Shown here: positions 22,075-34,779 of the stretch, one piece after another | Layout of the letters: every line of letters starts with the position of its first letter | Position numbering within the stretch: the first letter of the stretch is position 1 | Assembly (NCBI GenBank): GCA_039593615.1 | Contig: JBCNOY010000024.1 | Coordinates: 2,382 to 66,381, forward strand | Origin: Enterobacterales bacterium | Lineage (GTDB): Bacteria; Pseudomonadota; Gammaproteobacteria; Enterobacterales; Enterobacteriaceae | Length of the DNA stretch: 64,000 bases | Reading direction: 5' to 3' | Made by a program: the position numbers and the translations under genes | The notes under the pieces: model-generated | What the model saw: the letters and a program-made list of their open reading frames with translations, nothing else | Told to the model about the DNA's origin: nothing | Database searches by the model: none

Positions 22075-24222
22075 ATGAACCCATTGAAAATTGCTGCCAG
22101 CGTAGCGGTAGCGCCAAGCCTGAGTCTCAACACCGCGCGCGACGTGGTGACGCTGGATAATACCGATTTCACCGACGTGGCCGCGGTAGTGGTCTCGCTG
22201 GCCGATACACGCAGCGGCGTGCTGACGCTGCTGCGCCAGACTGGCTTCAATCTGCCGGTGTTTGTCGCGAACGCCTTTGATGACGCGGTGCTGACGCTGC
22301 CGGGCGTGACCGGAGAGATCAACGGCGCAGCGGAAGAGTGGCAGGCGCTGGAGCAGGCGGCGCAGCCGCTACGAGGAGGAACTGCTGCCGCCGTTTTTCG
22401 ACACCCTGAGCCAGTATGTGGAGATGGGCAACAGCACTTTCGCCTGTCCGGGCCACCAGCACGGCGCGTTTTTCAAAAAACACCCGGCAGGGCGGCAGTT
22501 CTATGATTTCTTCGGTGAGAACGTGTTTCGCGCCGACATGTGCAATGCCGACGTGAAGCTGGGCGATCTGCTGATCCACGAAGGGTCCGCCAAGCATGCG
22601 CAAAAATTCGCGGCGAAAGTGTTCAACGCCGATAAAACCTACTTCGTGCTGAACGGCACGTCGGCGGCCAACAAGGTGGTGACCAACGCGCTGCTGACCC
22701 GCGGCGATCTGGTGCTGTTCGACCGCAACAACCATAAATCTAACCACCACGGGGCGCTGATCCAGGCGGGTGCCACGCCGGTTTACCTTGAGGCCGCGCG
22801 TAACCCGTTTGGCTTTATTGGCGGGATTGACGACCACTGCTTTGACGACGCGTATCTGCGGGAGCTGATCCGCGAGACGGCGCCGGAGAAGGCCGACGAG
22901 GCGCGTCCGTTCCGCCTGGCGATCATTCAGCTAGGCACCTACGACGGGACGATCTACAACGCCCGTCAGGTGATCGACAAGATCGGCCATCTGTGCGACT
23001 ACATCCTCTTTGACTCCGCCTGGGTGGGCTACGAGCAGTTTATTCCGATGATGGCCGGCTGCGTCCCCGCTGTTGCTGGAGCTGAACGAGAACGATCCGG
23101 GGATTTTCGTGACCCAGTCGGTGCACAAACAGCAGGCCGGGTTCTCGCAAACCTCGCAGATCCACAAGAAGGATAACCACATTCGCGGTCAGGCGCGCTT
23201 CTGCCCGCACAAGCGGCTGAACAACGCCTTTATGCTGCATGCCTCCACCAGCCCGTTTTATCCGCTGTTCGCCGCGCTGGATGTCAACGCCAAAATGCAT
23301 GAGGGCGAGAGCGGGACGCAGGCTGTGGGCGGAGTGCGTCGAGCTGGGCATTGAGGCGCGCAAGGCGATCATCGCCAACTGCAATATGATCAAACCGTTT
23401 ATCCCACCGGTGGTGGCGGGGCGGCCGTGGCAGGATCATCCGACGCACGCCATTGCCAGCGAGCTGCGCTTCTTCAGCTTCGAGCCGGGGGCCAAATGGC
23501 ACGGGTTTGAGGGCTATGCGATGCCCGGGAGCAGTATTTTGTCGACCCGTGCAAGCTGCTGCTGACCACGCCGGGCATCGATGCCGCGACCGGCGAGTAC
23601 ACCGATTTCGGGATCCCGGCGACGATTCTGGCGCACTACCTGCGCGAAAACGGCATCGTGCCGGAGAAATGCGACCTCAACTCGATCCTGTTCCTGCTGA
23701 CCCCTGCCGAAAGCAGCGAGAAGCTGGCGCAGCTGGTGGCGATGCTGGGGCAGTTTGAACAGCATATTGAAGACGATCCGCCGCTGGCGGACGTGCTGCC
23801 GACGATCTTTCCAGAAATACCCGGTGCGCTACCGGGATTACACCCTTCGCCAGCTGTGCCAGGAGATGCACGATCTCTACGTCAGCTTTGACGTGAAGGA
23901 TCTGCAGAAGGCGATGTTCCGCAAGGAGAGCCTGCCTGAGGTGGTGATGAACCCGCAGGATGCCAATCAGGCGTATATTCGCGGAGACGTGGAGCTGGTT
24001 CGCATCCGGGATGCCGAAGGGCGCATTGCGGCCGAAGGGGCGCTGCCCTATCCGCCGGGCGTGCTGTGCGTGGTGCCGGGTGAAGTCTGGGGCGGGGCGG
24101 TGCAGCGTTACTTCCTGGCGCTGGAGGAGGGCATCAACCTGCTGCCGGGCTTCTCGCCGGAGCTGCAGGGGGTTTACAGCGAGAAAAAGATCACGGCTGG
24201 AAGCGCATCTTCGGCTATATGA
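22075..24222 (+). CDS. speC: Ornithine decarboxylase, biosynthetic type (several frameshifts; end approximate)
   Basis: DFTDVAAVVV, FACPGHQHG, DRNNHKSNHHG, FDSAWVGY, PLP-Lys motif QSVHKQ, AEGALPYPPG; position next to mltC. Confidence 0.93.
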
Positions 24223-24233
24223 TCAAGCCATAG

Positions 24234-24263
24234 AAAAAGGGCCGGTTCGCACCGGCCCTTCTC
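24234..24263. terminator. Probable bidirectional terminator between speC and mltC
   Basis: aaaaagggccggt-tcgc-accggcccttctc. Confidence 0.75.
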
Positions 24264-24283
24264 ATTTATCCACGCGGAACGCG

Positions 24284-26822
<2,539 letters not shown>

Positions 26823-26984
26823 GAGCAGCGACATTTTCCATCGTTTGCGCGATAATCAGGGACGCAGATTGCAGCACAGCGTCAATCTGCTGTAAACCGG
26901 AACTTTTCCCAGTGCTTGCATCATGCGACTTAACTTTGGATAATGCCCGTTTCCCGAACATTCTCACAAGCAGACAACTCTTTT

Positions 26985-27705
26985 ATGAATAACGACGTCA
27001 TTTCACCGGAATTTGATGAAAACGGTCGCCCGCTGCGCCGTATTCGCAGCTTTGTCCGTCGCCAGGGCCGCCTGACAAAAGGGCAGCAGCACGCGCTGGA
27101 CAACTACTGGCCGGTGATGGGCGTTGAGTTCAGCGAGCAGCCGCTGGATTTCGCCGCGCTGTTTGGCCGCGACGCGCCGATGACGCTGGAGATTGGTTTT
27201 GGCATGGGCGCCTCGCTGGTGACCATGGCGGAAAACGAGCCCGCAGCAGAACTTCCTCGGTATCGAAGTGCACTCGCCGGGCGTCGGTGCCTGTCTGGCC
27301 TCGGCGCATGAAGAGGGCGTTGAGAACCTGCGCGTGATGTGTCACGACGCGGTGGAAGTGCTGCACAAAATGATTCCTGACAATTCTTTAAACATGGTGC
27401 AGCTGTTTTTCCCTGACCCGTGGCACAAAGCGCGTCATAATAAACGCCGCATCGTTCAGGCGCCGTTTGCCGAGCTGGTGAAAAGCAAGCTGAAGCTGGG
27501 CGGCGTCTTCCATATGGCGACCGACTGGGAACCGTATGCGGAACATATGCTGGAAGTGATGTCGTCGCTGGACGGTTACAAAAACCAGTCTGCGAGCAAA
27601 GATTACGTGCCGCGTCCGGAATCGCGTCCGGTAACGAAATTTGAACAGCGTGGCCATCGTCTTGGTCACGGCGTATGGGACTTAATGTTCGAGAGGGTGA
27701 AATAA
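26985..27705 (+). CDS. trmB: tRNA (guanine-N7)-methyltransferase (frameshift near 27240)
   Basis: [38 protein letters not shown]. Confidence 0.96.
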
Positions 27706-28031
27706 TGGCAAAGAATCGTAGCCGTCGTTTGCGTAAAAAGATGCACATCGAAGAATTTCAGGAGCTGGGCTTCTCCGTTGCCTGGCGTTTCCCGGAAGGC
27801 ACCAGCGTTGAACAGATCGATCAGGACGTGGATGCGTTCATCAATGAGGTGATCGAGCCGAACAGGCTGGCCTTTGACGGCAGCGGCTATCTGGCGTGGG
27901 AAGGTCTGATCTGTCTGCAGCAGATCGGCAAATGCACCGACGAGCACCGCGAGCTGGTGCGTAACTGGCTGGAAGAGAAAAAGCTCGACGATATCCGCGT
28001 CACCGAACTTTTCGACGTTTGGTGGGACTAA
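27705..28031 (+). CDS. yggL: YggL (DUF469) ribosome-associated protein
   Basis: [23 protein letters not shown]...FDVWWD. Confidence 0.96.
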   Translation: MAKNRSRRLRKKMHIEEFQELGFSVAWRFPEGTSVEQIDQDVDAFINEVIEPNRLAFDGSGYLAWEGLICLQQIGKCTDEHRELVRNWLEEKKLDDIRVTELFDVWWD

Positions 28032-28049
28032 GTTTTATTACAGTATGCT

Positions 28050-28128
28050 GGTGCGCATAAATGCGCACCCTACAGGGGATTGCCCTTGCGGGGGATGGTC
28101 CTTTGTAGGGTCGCCATTTATGGCGACC
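28050..28128. repeat. Composite REP element (BIME-like)
   Basis: ggtgcgcataaatgcgcaccctac (28050-28073) plus gtagggtcgccatttatggcgacc (28105-28128), both with a GTAG tetranucleotide foot. Confidence 0.8.
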
Positions 28129-28184
28129 TGGTAACAACCGCAAACTGTCTTGCTCTTTCCCGCACAGAATACTCAGGAGATTTC

Positions 28185-28901
28185 ATGGTTCGTAAGGCTC
28201 TTCTCGCCGCGCTGCTGCTGACGGCAGCTCAGGCGCATGCTGACTATCAGTGCAGCGTCAATCCAAAGGATGATGTGATCATCAAACCCCAGAGCGTGCA
28301 GGTGGTGGGCAGCAACGGCAACCTTGAAATCACGCCGCAGGGCGATGTGCAGTTCAACGGCAAGGCGGTGAGCGTCGATAACGCCACGCGCCAGCAGGCG
28401 ATTGACTACCAGAACGCGCTGCGTCGCGATCTGCCGTGGGTCGACAGCGGCGCAACCACCCGTCTGGAGCGGGGCCGCGTGGCGCTGGATAAAGTGATCG
28501 TCGAAAAACTCGGCTCGGACAGTAATGTGCGCAATCGCCTGACCACGCTGAACGGCCAGCTGAAGCAGCAGATGAACCGCATCATCGAGCATCGTCCGGA
28601 TGGCCTGACCTTCCATCATCAGGCCATTGAGCAGGTGCGCGCCGACGGCGAGAAGCTGGTGCAGAGCACGCTGGGCGGGGTGTTGCAGGATAGTCTGAAC
28701 GAGATGGGCACCAAACAGGCCGCCAGCGGCAGCAATCCGCTACAGGCGCTGATGGGCAACCTCGGCGGGCTACAGCAGTCGATTCAGACTGAATGGAACA
28801 ATCAGGAGCAGGATTTCCAGAACTTCGGTCATGAAGTGTGTAACCGGGTGACCGCACTGGAGAGCCAGCGCAAGACGCTGATGCAGAACGTAAAGGGCTA
28901 A
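28185..28901 (+). CDS. yggN: DUF2884 periplasmic protein YggN
   Basis: Signal peptide then ADYQCSVNPKDDVI, FHHQAIEQV, NPLQALMGNLGGLQ; AGGAGA RBS. Confidence 0.9.
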   Translation: MVRKALLAALLLTAAQAHADYQCSVNPKDDVIIKPQSVQVVGSNGNLEITPQGDVQFNGKAVSVDNATRQQAIDYQNALRRDLPWVDSGATTRLERGRVALDKVIVEKLGSDSNVRNRLTTLNGQLKQQMNRIIEHRPDGLTFHHQAIEQVRADGEKLVQSTLGGVLQDSLNEMGTKQAASGSNPLQALMGNLGGLQQSIQTEWNNQEQDFQNFGHEVCNRVTALESQRKTLMQNVKG

Positions 28902-28936
28902 GCCAGCCGCGTTGCCGCTGAATGCACGGAACATAA

Positions 28937-28975
28937 CGGCGTCATTGTTCTTCTGAACAGTGGCGCCTTTTTTAT
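28937..28975 (+). terminator. Intrinsic terminator after yggN
   Basis: ggcgtcattgttc-ttct-gaacagtggcgcc plus tttttt. Confidence 0.8.
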
Positions 28976-29111
28976 CCCCGCAGCTTTTAAGCCGTGATTT
29001 AACGGATTGTCTTAGATTCGGGACGAATCTGATAACAGCAAAATTTCCGCATTAATAACTATATCAACGGGCATTCAGCCTGTTGAACTTATTAATTTTT
29101 AAGGGAATTTT

Positions 29112-31367
29112 ATGTTATTTTCTGACGCCTCTGCTTCCAGTTCACACCCGGTTTTATCACCCCCTGTGGTTATCGTTGCCGAGCGCGGCTGGTACAACGA
29201 TCCGCAAAAACGCTGGCAGGGAACGGTGCAAACGCCGGACGCCGTTGAAGTCATCGTAACGGTTAACGGTGGCAATCCGCTACGCGTGCCGGTGATCAAT
29301 GGCCACTTCGAGTGGATGCCGCCGCAGCCGATGGCCGATGGTGAATACCAGCTAACCTTCACCGCCGTGGATGCCGCCGGCAATCACAGCGCACCCACGC
29401 GCGTGGATTACAATATTGATACCCATCCGCCCGCCAGACCGATCATTGAAGCCATTGAAGACCACGTTGCCGGCGGCGTGGAGGACGGTAACAGCATCCG
29501 CCGTAACGGCTATACCAACGATGATCAGCCGGTGGTACGCGGGCAGGCGGAAGCCAACGCGCTGGTTTATCTCTATAATGGCAACCAACTTCTCGCCTCT
29601 GTGCGTGCCGATGCGCAGGGCAACTGGCAGGCGCAGCTCGATCTGCCGCAGGACGGAACCTATAACCTGACGGCGCAGGCCGAGGACCGCGCCGACAACC
29701 GCAGTCAGCCGTCGCCGAAGTGGACCTTTCATCTTGATACGCTTACCCCGGAAACGCCAACGTTCAGCTATTACGACGACAATCGCGGGCTGTATCAGGG
29801 CCAGTTTGGCCGCGGCAAACCCACCGATGATGTCCGGCCGGAACTGCACGGTGAAGCCGAGCCCGGCAGCGTGGTGCGCATTCAGTATGCCGCACCGGGC
29901 GGAAAGTGGGTTGTCGGCGGTACGGCCACCGTCGACAGCAGCGGCCACTGGCACTGGACACCGCCGCAGGATCTGCTGCCGGACGGCGACTGGCGTTTTC
30001 GCAGCCGCAGCAGCGATAAAGCCGGCAACGTCAGTCAATGGAGCGACAGCTGGACGCTGACCATCGACACCCGTATCAACACGCCCGCCATCCTGCAGGC
30101 TATCGATGACGTCGGCACCATCCAGCCGGTGCTGCCGGGCCAGACCACCGACGATAAGCGGCTCGATTTTTCCGGACAGGCCGAGCCTTACAGTCAGGTG
30201 ACGCTGTACCAGAACGGCGTGGCAGCCGGCAGCGCGACGGTGGGGGCCGATGGCCGCTGGCAGATTACCCCGGACCGCGACATGCAGCCGGGTAGCAACA
30301 ACTTTACGGTAAAAGCAGTCGATCTGGCGGGTAACATCAGCAACTATGCGTCCAACTGGGCGATTAACTATGACTCTGGCGTGAAGCACAGTTCTGGCGA
30401 AGAGAACTGGAACTGTCGCGCCAATACCAGCTGGCAAACCGGCCGGGTGTATCAGTACGGCGGGTTGAAAGTCACCGAACTGAAACATGGCACCAGCAAC
30501 AACTGTTTCTATACCGGCATCATGAACCGGCCGGATGGTTATGAAAGCAAAGCGATTGAGATGCTGGATCATTCGGTCGTGCAGTTTGATTTTGGTGCCA
30601 CCAATTACGTGGAGTTCAATTATGGCTATCTCCACAATTGCGATACCTACGTGGATATCTTCTCCCCCAGCGGTGAGCTGCTGGGGCGCGAATACCTGCA
30701 GCCCGGTGGCGCCAGCCGGTCTGAGCAAGGCCTGAACACCTTTAGCTGGCAGGCTCCGGCGGGCCAGCAGATTGGCTATATTGACGTCCATTCAGGTGAA
30801 GATCCGGATACCTATAAAAAAGTGCTGTGCTGGAACGTGCTGGTGAAGCGCGATGTGGGCTGGATTATTGATACTGTGCGCTGGGGCAAAGACGAGAGCC
30901 TGGTACAGCACCATACGCTGCCGGAAACGCTGGAACAGGAGGGCGCGCAGCTGCATCTGAATGATGTGCAGCAGTGGCTGGCGGCGCACAGCGGACAACT
31001 GCTGCAGGGCTTCTCTGCGCTGGTGCTGGAAGGAGAACATCAGCAGCTTGATTATCAGCAGCTGACGCAGCATATCAGCGGCCTGCAGCATATCGATCTC
31101 ACCGGCTCAGGAGACAATCTGCTGCAGCTGGATGCGCAGCAGCTGTTGCAGCAGGCGCACCAGGATGTGCTGCTGCCAGAGCGCACGCGCAGCTGGCTGA
31201 TTGATGGTGATGCCGGCGACGTGGTGCAGCTCAGCGATAGCACGCAATTTTATCAGCAGTGGCAGCAGCAGGGGACGCAGCAGAGCGGTGGCAAAGTGTG
31301 GCAGGTGTTTGAGAGTCTCGACCACAGCGCGACGCTGTTAATCAATAATGAGGTGATGGTCGCCTGA
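29112..31367 (+). CDS. Ig-like (Big) repeat protein with a unique central domain and a type I secretion-like C-terminus
   Basis: About four repeats ending D.AGN.S with TND..P...G.AE and G.W motifs; C-terminal IDLTGSGDNLLQLD...IDGDAGDVVQL; no signal peptide; intact 751 aa. Confidence 0.85.
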   Translation: MLFSDASASSSHPVLSPPVVIVAERGWYNDPQKRWQGTVQTPDAVEVIVTVNGGNPLRVPVINGHFEWMPPQPMADGEYQLTFTAVDAAGNHSAPTRVDYNIDTHPPARPIIEAIEDHVAGGVEDGNSIRRNGYTNDDQPVVRGQAEANALVYLYNGNQLLASVRADAQGNWQAQLDLPQDGTYNLTAQAEDRADNRSQPSPKWTFHLDTLTPETPTFSYYDDNRGLYQGQFGRGKPTDDVRPELHGEAEPGSVVRIQYAAPGGKWVVGGTATVDSSGHWHWTPPQDLLPDGDWRFRSRSSDKAGNVSQWSDSWTLTIDTRINTPAILQAIDDVGTIQPVLPGQTTDDKRLDFSGQAEPYSQVTLYQNGVAAGSATVGADGRWQITPDRDMQPGSNNFTVKAVDLAGNISNYASNWAINYDSGVKHSSGEENWNCRANTSWQTGRVYQYGGLKVTELKHGTSNNCFYTGIMNRPDGYESKAIEMLDHSVVQFDFGATNYVEFNYGYLHNCDTYVDIFSPSGELLGREYLQPGGASRSEQGLNTFSWQAPAGQQIGYIDVHSGEDPDTYKKVLCWNVLVKRDVGWIIDTVRWGKDESLVQHHTLPETLEQEGAQLHLNDVQQWLAAHSGQLLQGFSALVLEGEHQQLDYQQLTQHISGLQHIDLTGSGDNLLQLDAQQLLQQAHQDVLLPERTRSWLIDGDAGDVVQLSDSTQFYQQWQQQGTQQSGGKVWQVFESLDHSATLLINNEVMVA

Positions 31368-31437
31368 GCGTAACAGATGCAGCCGTGCGGTTTAGTACGG
31401 CTGCCAGCGGAAAAGGCGCGTGCCTTCTCCGCTGAAT

Positions 31438-32575
31438 TTACATGAACAGCTCAAGAAGGGAATTGAGGAACAGTTTGCCGTGCTCGGTGATCTGCCAGTA
31501 ATCATCACATCTCCGTGAGATATCCCTGGGCCAGCGCCTCGTCGATCTGCGGGCGAATCACCGACTCCGCCAGCCCGGTAAGTAGCGCTGAAACTCCGCG
31601 CGCGGCGCGGCTTCCAGCAGGCGGAAGCGGTTCATAAAGAACTCAAACGGTTTATCCGCCGCCTCGACGTCGTGCTGACGCTCCAGGTAGCGGCCTTCCA
31701 TATACCCGCGCGGGTGACGGGTTTTGGCGGTGCGCAGAATGCGCCCGTCCGGGAAGGTCACCTTGCCGTGCGCGCCGCAGCCAATCCCGAGATAGTCGCC
31801 AAAGCGCCAGTAGTTCAGGTTGTGCTGGCACTGGTAGCCCGGTTTCGCATACGCCGACGTTTCGTACTGCTGATAGCCCGCGGCGGTTAGCAGCTGGTGG
31901 CCCTGCTCGAAGATATCCCACAGCGCGTCGTCGTCCGGCAGCACCGGCGGGCGCGAGCCAAACAGCGTGTTGGGCTCGATGGTGAGCTGGTACCACGACA
32001 GGTGCGGCGGGTTCAGGGCAATGGCCTGGCGCAAATCGTCCAGCGCCTCGTCCAGCGACTGATCCGGCAGGCCGTGCATCAAATCGAGGTTAAAGCTGCG
32101 AAGGCCAAGCCCGGTCGCCAGGTTTGCCGCGCGCTTCGCCTCTTCCGGGCCGTGAATGCGCCCCAGGCGCTTCAGCTTTTTCGGCTCGCTGAAGCTCTGC
32201 ACGCCGATGGAGATGCGGTTCACGCCCGCGCGCTGATAGTCGACAAAACGGTCGGCCTCAACGGTGCCGGGGTTGGCTTCCATGGTAATTTCAGCATCCG
32301 CCGCCAGGTTCAGGCGCGCACGCACGCCGTCCAGCAGCGTTTGCATCGCCGGGCCTGGACAGCAGGCTCGGCGTACCGCCACCAATGAAAATGGTCTTAA
32401 CTTCACGTCCCTGTGCGTAAGGTACATCGGCGTCCAGGTCGGCCAGCAGATGCGCAACGTAGTCATCGTGCGGCACTTCGCCCTTCAGCGCGTGCGAGTT
32501 GAAATCGCAGTACGGGCATTTCTGCACGCACCACGGGATGTGAATATAAAGACTCAGAGGTGGCAAATTAGCCAT
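31438..32575 (-). CDS. hemW: Radical-SAM haem chaperone HemW (YggW), frameshifted
   Basis: [52 protein letters not shown]. Confidence 0.95.
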
Positions 32576-33161
32576 TACGCAGTGCTTCCAGTAACAGTTT
32601 CAGCGCGCGTCCACGGTGGGAAATCGCGCTTTTCTCTTCGCGGGTCAGTTCCGCAGCGGTTTTGCCCTCGGACGGGACAAAGAAAATCGGGTCGTAACCA
32701 AAGCCGCCGTTGCCAGCCGCTTCACGGGTAATCACGCCCGGCCAGCTGCCGTGGCAGACGATCGGCGTCGGGTCTTCCGCGTGACGCAGATAGACCAGCA
32801 CGCAGTGGAACTGCGCGGTGCGCTGCTCGTCCGGGACGTCTTTCAGGGCGACAAGCAGCTTTTCCAGATTCTGCTGGTCGGTGGCGTCAACGCCGGAATA
32901 GCGCGCGGAGTAGATCCCCGGCGCGCCGCCGAGGGCATCGACGGCCAGGCCGGAGTCGTCGGCAATCGCGGGCAGGCCGGTAATCTGCGCGGCGTGGCGC
33001 GCTTTGAGGATCGCGTTTTCGATAAACGTCAGCCCCGTCTCTTCGGCGGAATCCACGCCAAGATCGGTCTGGGCGACCACGTCCAGACCAAAATCATTTA
33101 ATAGCGAGGCCAGCTCGCGCACTTTACCGGCGTTGCCGGTCGCGAGAACAACTTTCTGCAT
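32568..33161 (-). CDS. rdgB: dITP/XTP pyrophosphatase
   Basis: [30 protein letters not shown]; intact. Confidence 0.97.
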   Translation of the reverse strand: MQKVVLATGNAGKVRELASLLNDFGLDVVAQTDLGVDSAEETGLTFIENAILKARHAAQITGLPAIADDSGLAVDALGGAPGIYSARYSGVDATDQQNLEKLLVALKDVPDEQRTAQFHCVLVYLRHAEDPTPIVCHGSWPGVITREAAGNGGFGYDPIFFVPSEGKTAAELTREEKSAISHRGRALKLLLEALRNG

Positions 33162-33213
33162 GGTTTAGCGTCCGGCCCGCTCGGGAGTATGCTGTTCTGT
33201 CAGAGTTAACGAC

Positions 33214-33490
33214 TTACAGCGGGATAGATTGCGGATTAAGGATTTTTACCTGTTTATGTCGCCCCAGTTCGCCTTTTTCAATGATGACCTGGCTTTTGGC
33301 GACGCGAAACTGTTTTGCCAATTTTTTGGGCAGGTGGGCGTTTCCCTGGCCCTCCCCGGGGGGGGGGGGGGGGGGGTTTTTTTTTCTTCCCCCCAACCCC
33401 CCAAAATTTTATTGCTGGGTGGTTTTGGTATAAAAAAAAAACAAAAAAACCCCCCCCCGGGGGGGGGTGTTCTTTCCACTCCCCCACAGC
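33214..33490 (-). CDS. yggU: YggU (DUF167); 5' half corrupted by homopolymer junk
   Basis: C-terminal [25 protein letters not shown]; position between yggT and rdgB. Confidence 0.8.
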
Positions 33491-34038
33491 CCCGGCAGCA
33501 GCATATCGCCCGTGGACTGCAGCAGTTCAGCGATCCCCATGTTGATCACATAGAGCAGCAGAACCAGGATCATCGGCGAAAAATCGATGCCGCCCATAGA
33601 CGGAAGCAGGTTACGGATTGGACGCAGCAGCGGCTCGGCCAGCTGAATCAAGGCATACTCCACCGGGCTACGGCCCTGGCTCACCCAGCTCATGAGCGCC
33701 ATGACCAGCAGCACCCAGAAAATCAGCAGGCCGACGGTTTTGATCAGAATCAGAACGGCGGCAATCCAGATAATCGGCTGGAAGGTGATGACCATAAACA
33801 GCACGATCGCTTTGATAACGCTCAGAATAAACGCCACCAGCAGAGACGAGCTGTCGATGGGACCCATGGCCGGGATAATACGGCGCAGCGGTCCGACAAC
33901 AGGCTGCGTGATTTTCACGACAAACTGCGAGAACGGATTGTAAAAATCACAGCGGGCCCACTGCATCCAGACGCGCAGCAAAAGCGCCATCGTGTACAGC
34001 TCAATGACCGTTGAGAGCAGGAAAGTCAACGTCTTCAT
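33480..34038 (-). CDS. yggT: YggT membrane protein (3' end corrupted, approximate)
   Basis: DFYNPFSQFVVKITQP, PSMGGIDFSP. Confidence 0.93.
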
Positions 34039-34059
34039 GGCGTTCCTCAGGTTTCCTTA

Positions 34060-34762
34060 TTATTTTGAGTAGTCGCGCGCACCGAAAATTGCCGTGCCGA
34101 TGCGCACCATCGTGCTGCCTGCCGCAATGGCGGCTTCCATATCATCCGACATGCCCAGAGAAAGCGTGTCTACCGTGTGATAGCGCGCTTTAAGCGCCTC
34201 AAATGCTACAGCCATTTGCTGTGCCACGGCAAACTGCCTTTCATAACTTGACTCAGGCGCCGGAATTGCCATCAGCCCGCGCAGGGTTAAGCGCGGCAGT
34301 TCGGCCACCTTCGGCTGCCAGCGCATCCAGCTCGCTCAGCGCAATGCCGGACTTGCTGTTTTCGTCACTGATGTTGACCTGAATCAGCACGTTAAGCGCT
34401 GGCATCTCTGCCGGACGCTGGTCGTTCAGACGCGTCGCAATACGCAGGCGGTCAATGGTGTGACACCAGTCGAAGTGCTCTGCCACCAGACGGCTTTTGT
34501 TCGACTGCAGCGGGCCAATAAAGTGCCATTGCAGACTCGTCTTCCCCTGTTCCTGGAAGTAGCGAATTTTATCCACGCCTTCCTGCACGTAGTTTTCACC
34601 AAACGCCCGCTGGCCTGCGTCAATGGCTTCTGCGATGGCGCTCGCAGGCTTGGTTTTGCTGACTGCAAGCAGCGTAATTTCTTCTGGAGCCCGGCCGCAA
34701 CGCGCTGCGGCGGCTGAGATTTTGTCCCGGACCTGTGCCAGGTTATGCGCAATGTCGTTCAT
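34060..34762 (-). CDS. yggS: PLP homeostasis protein YggS (frameshift near 34315)
   Basis: [43 protein letters not shown]. Confidence 0.96.
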
Positions 34763-34779
34763 TTTCCGAGGAGTAGTCT

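Noticed and set aside
33340-33490. Poly-G/T/A/C tracts as a phase-variation or G-quadruplex element; poly-Pro ORFs
   Set aside because: The tracts overlay the expected yggT end and yggU start, and the flanks still match YggU; this is homopolymer-inflated low-quality sequence
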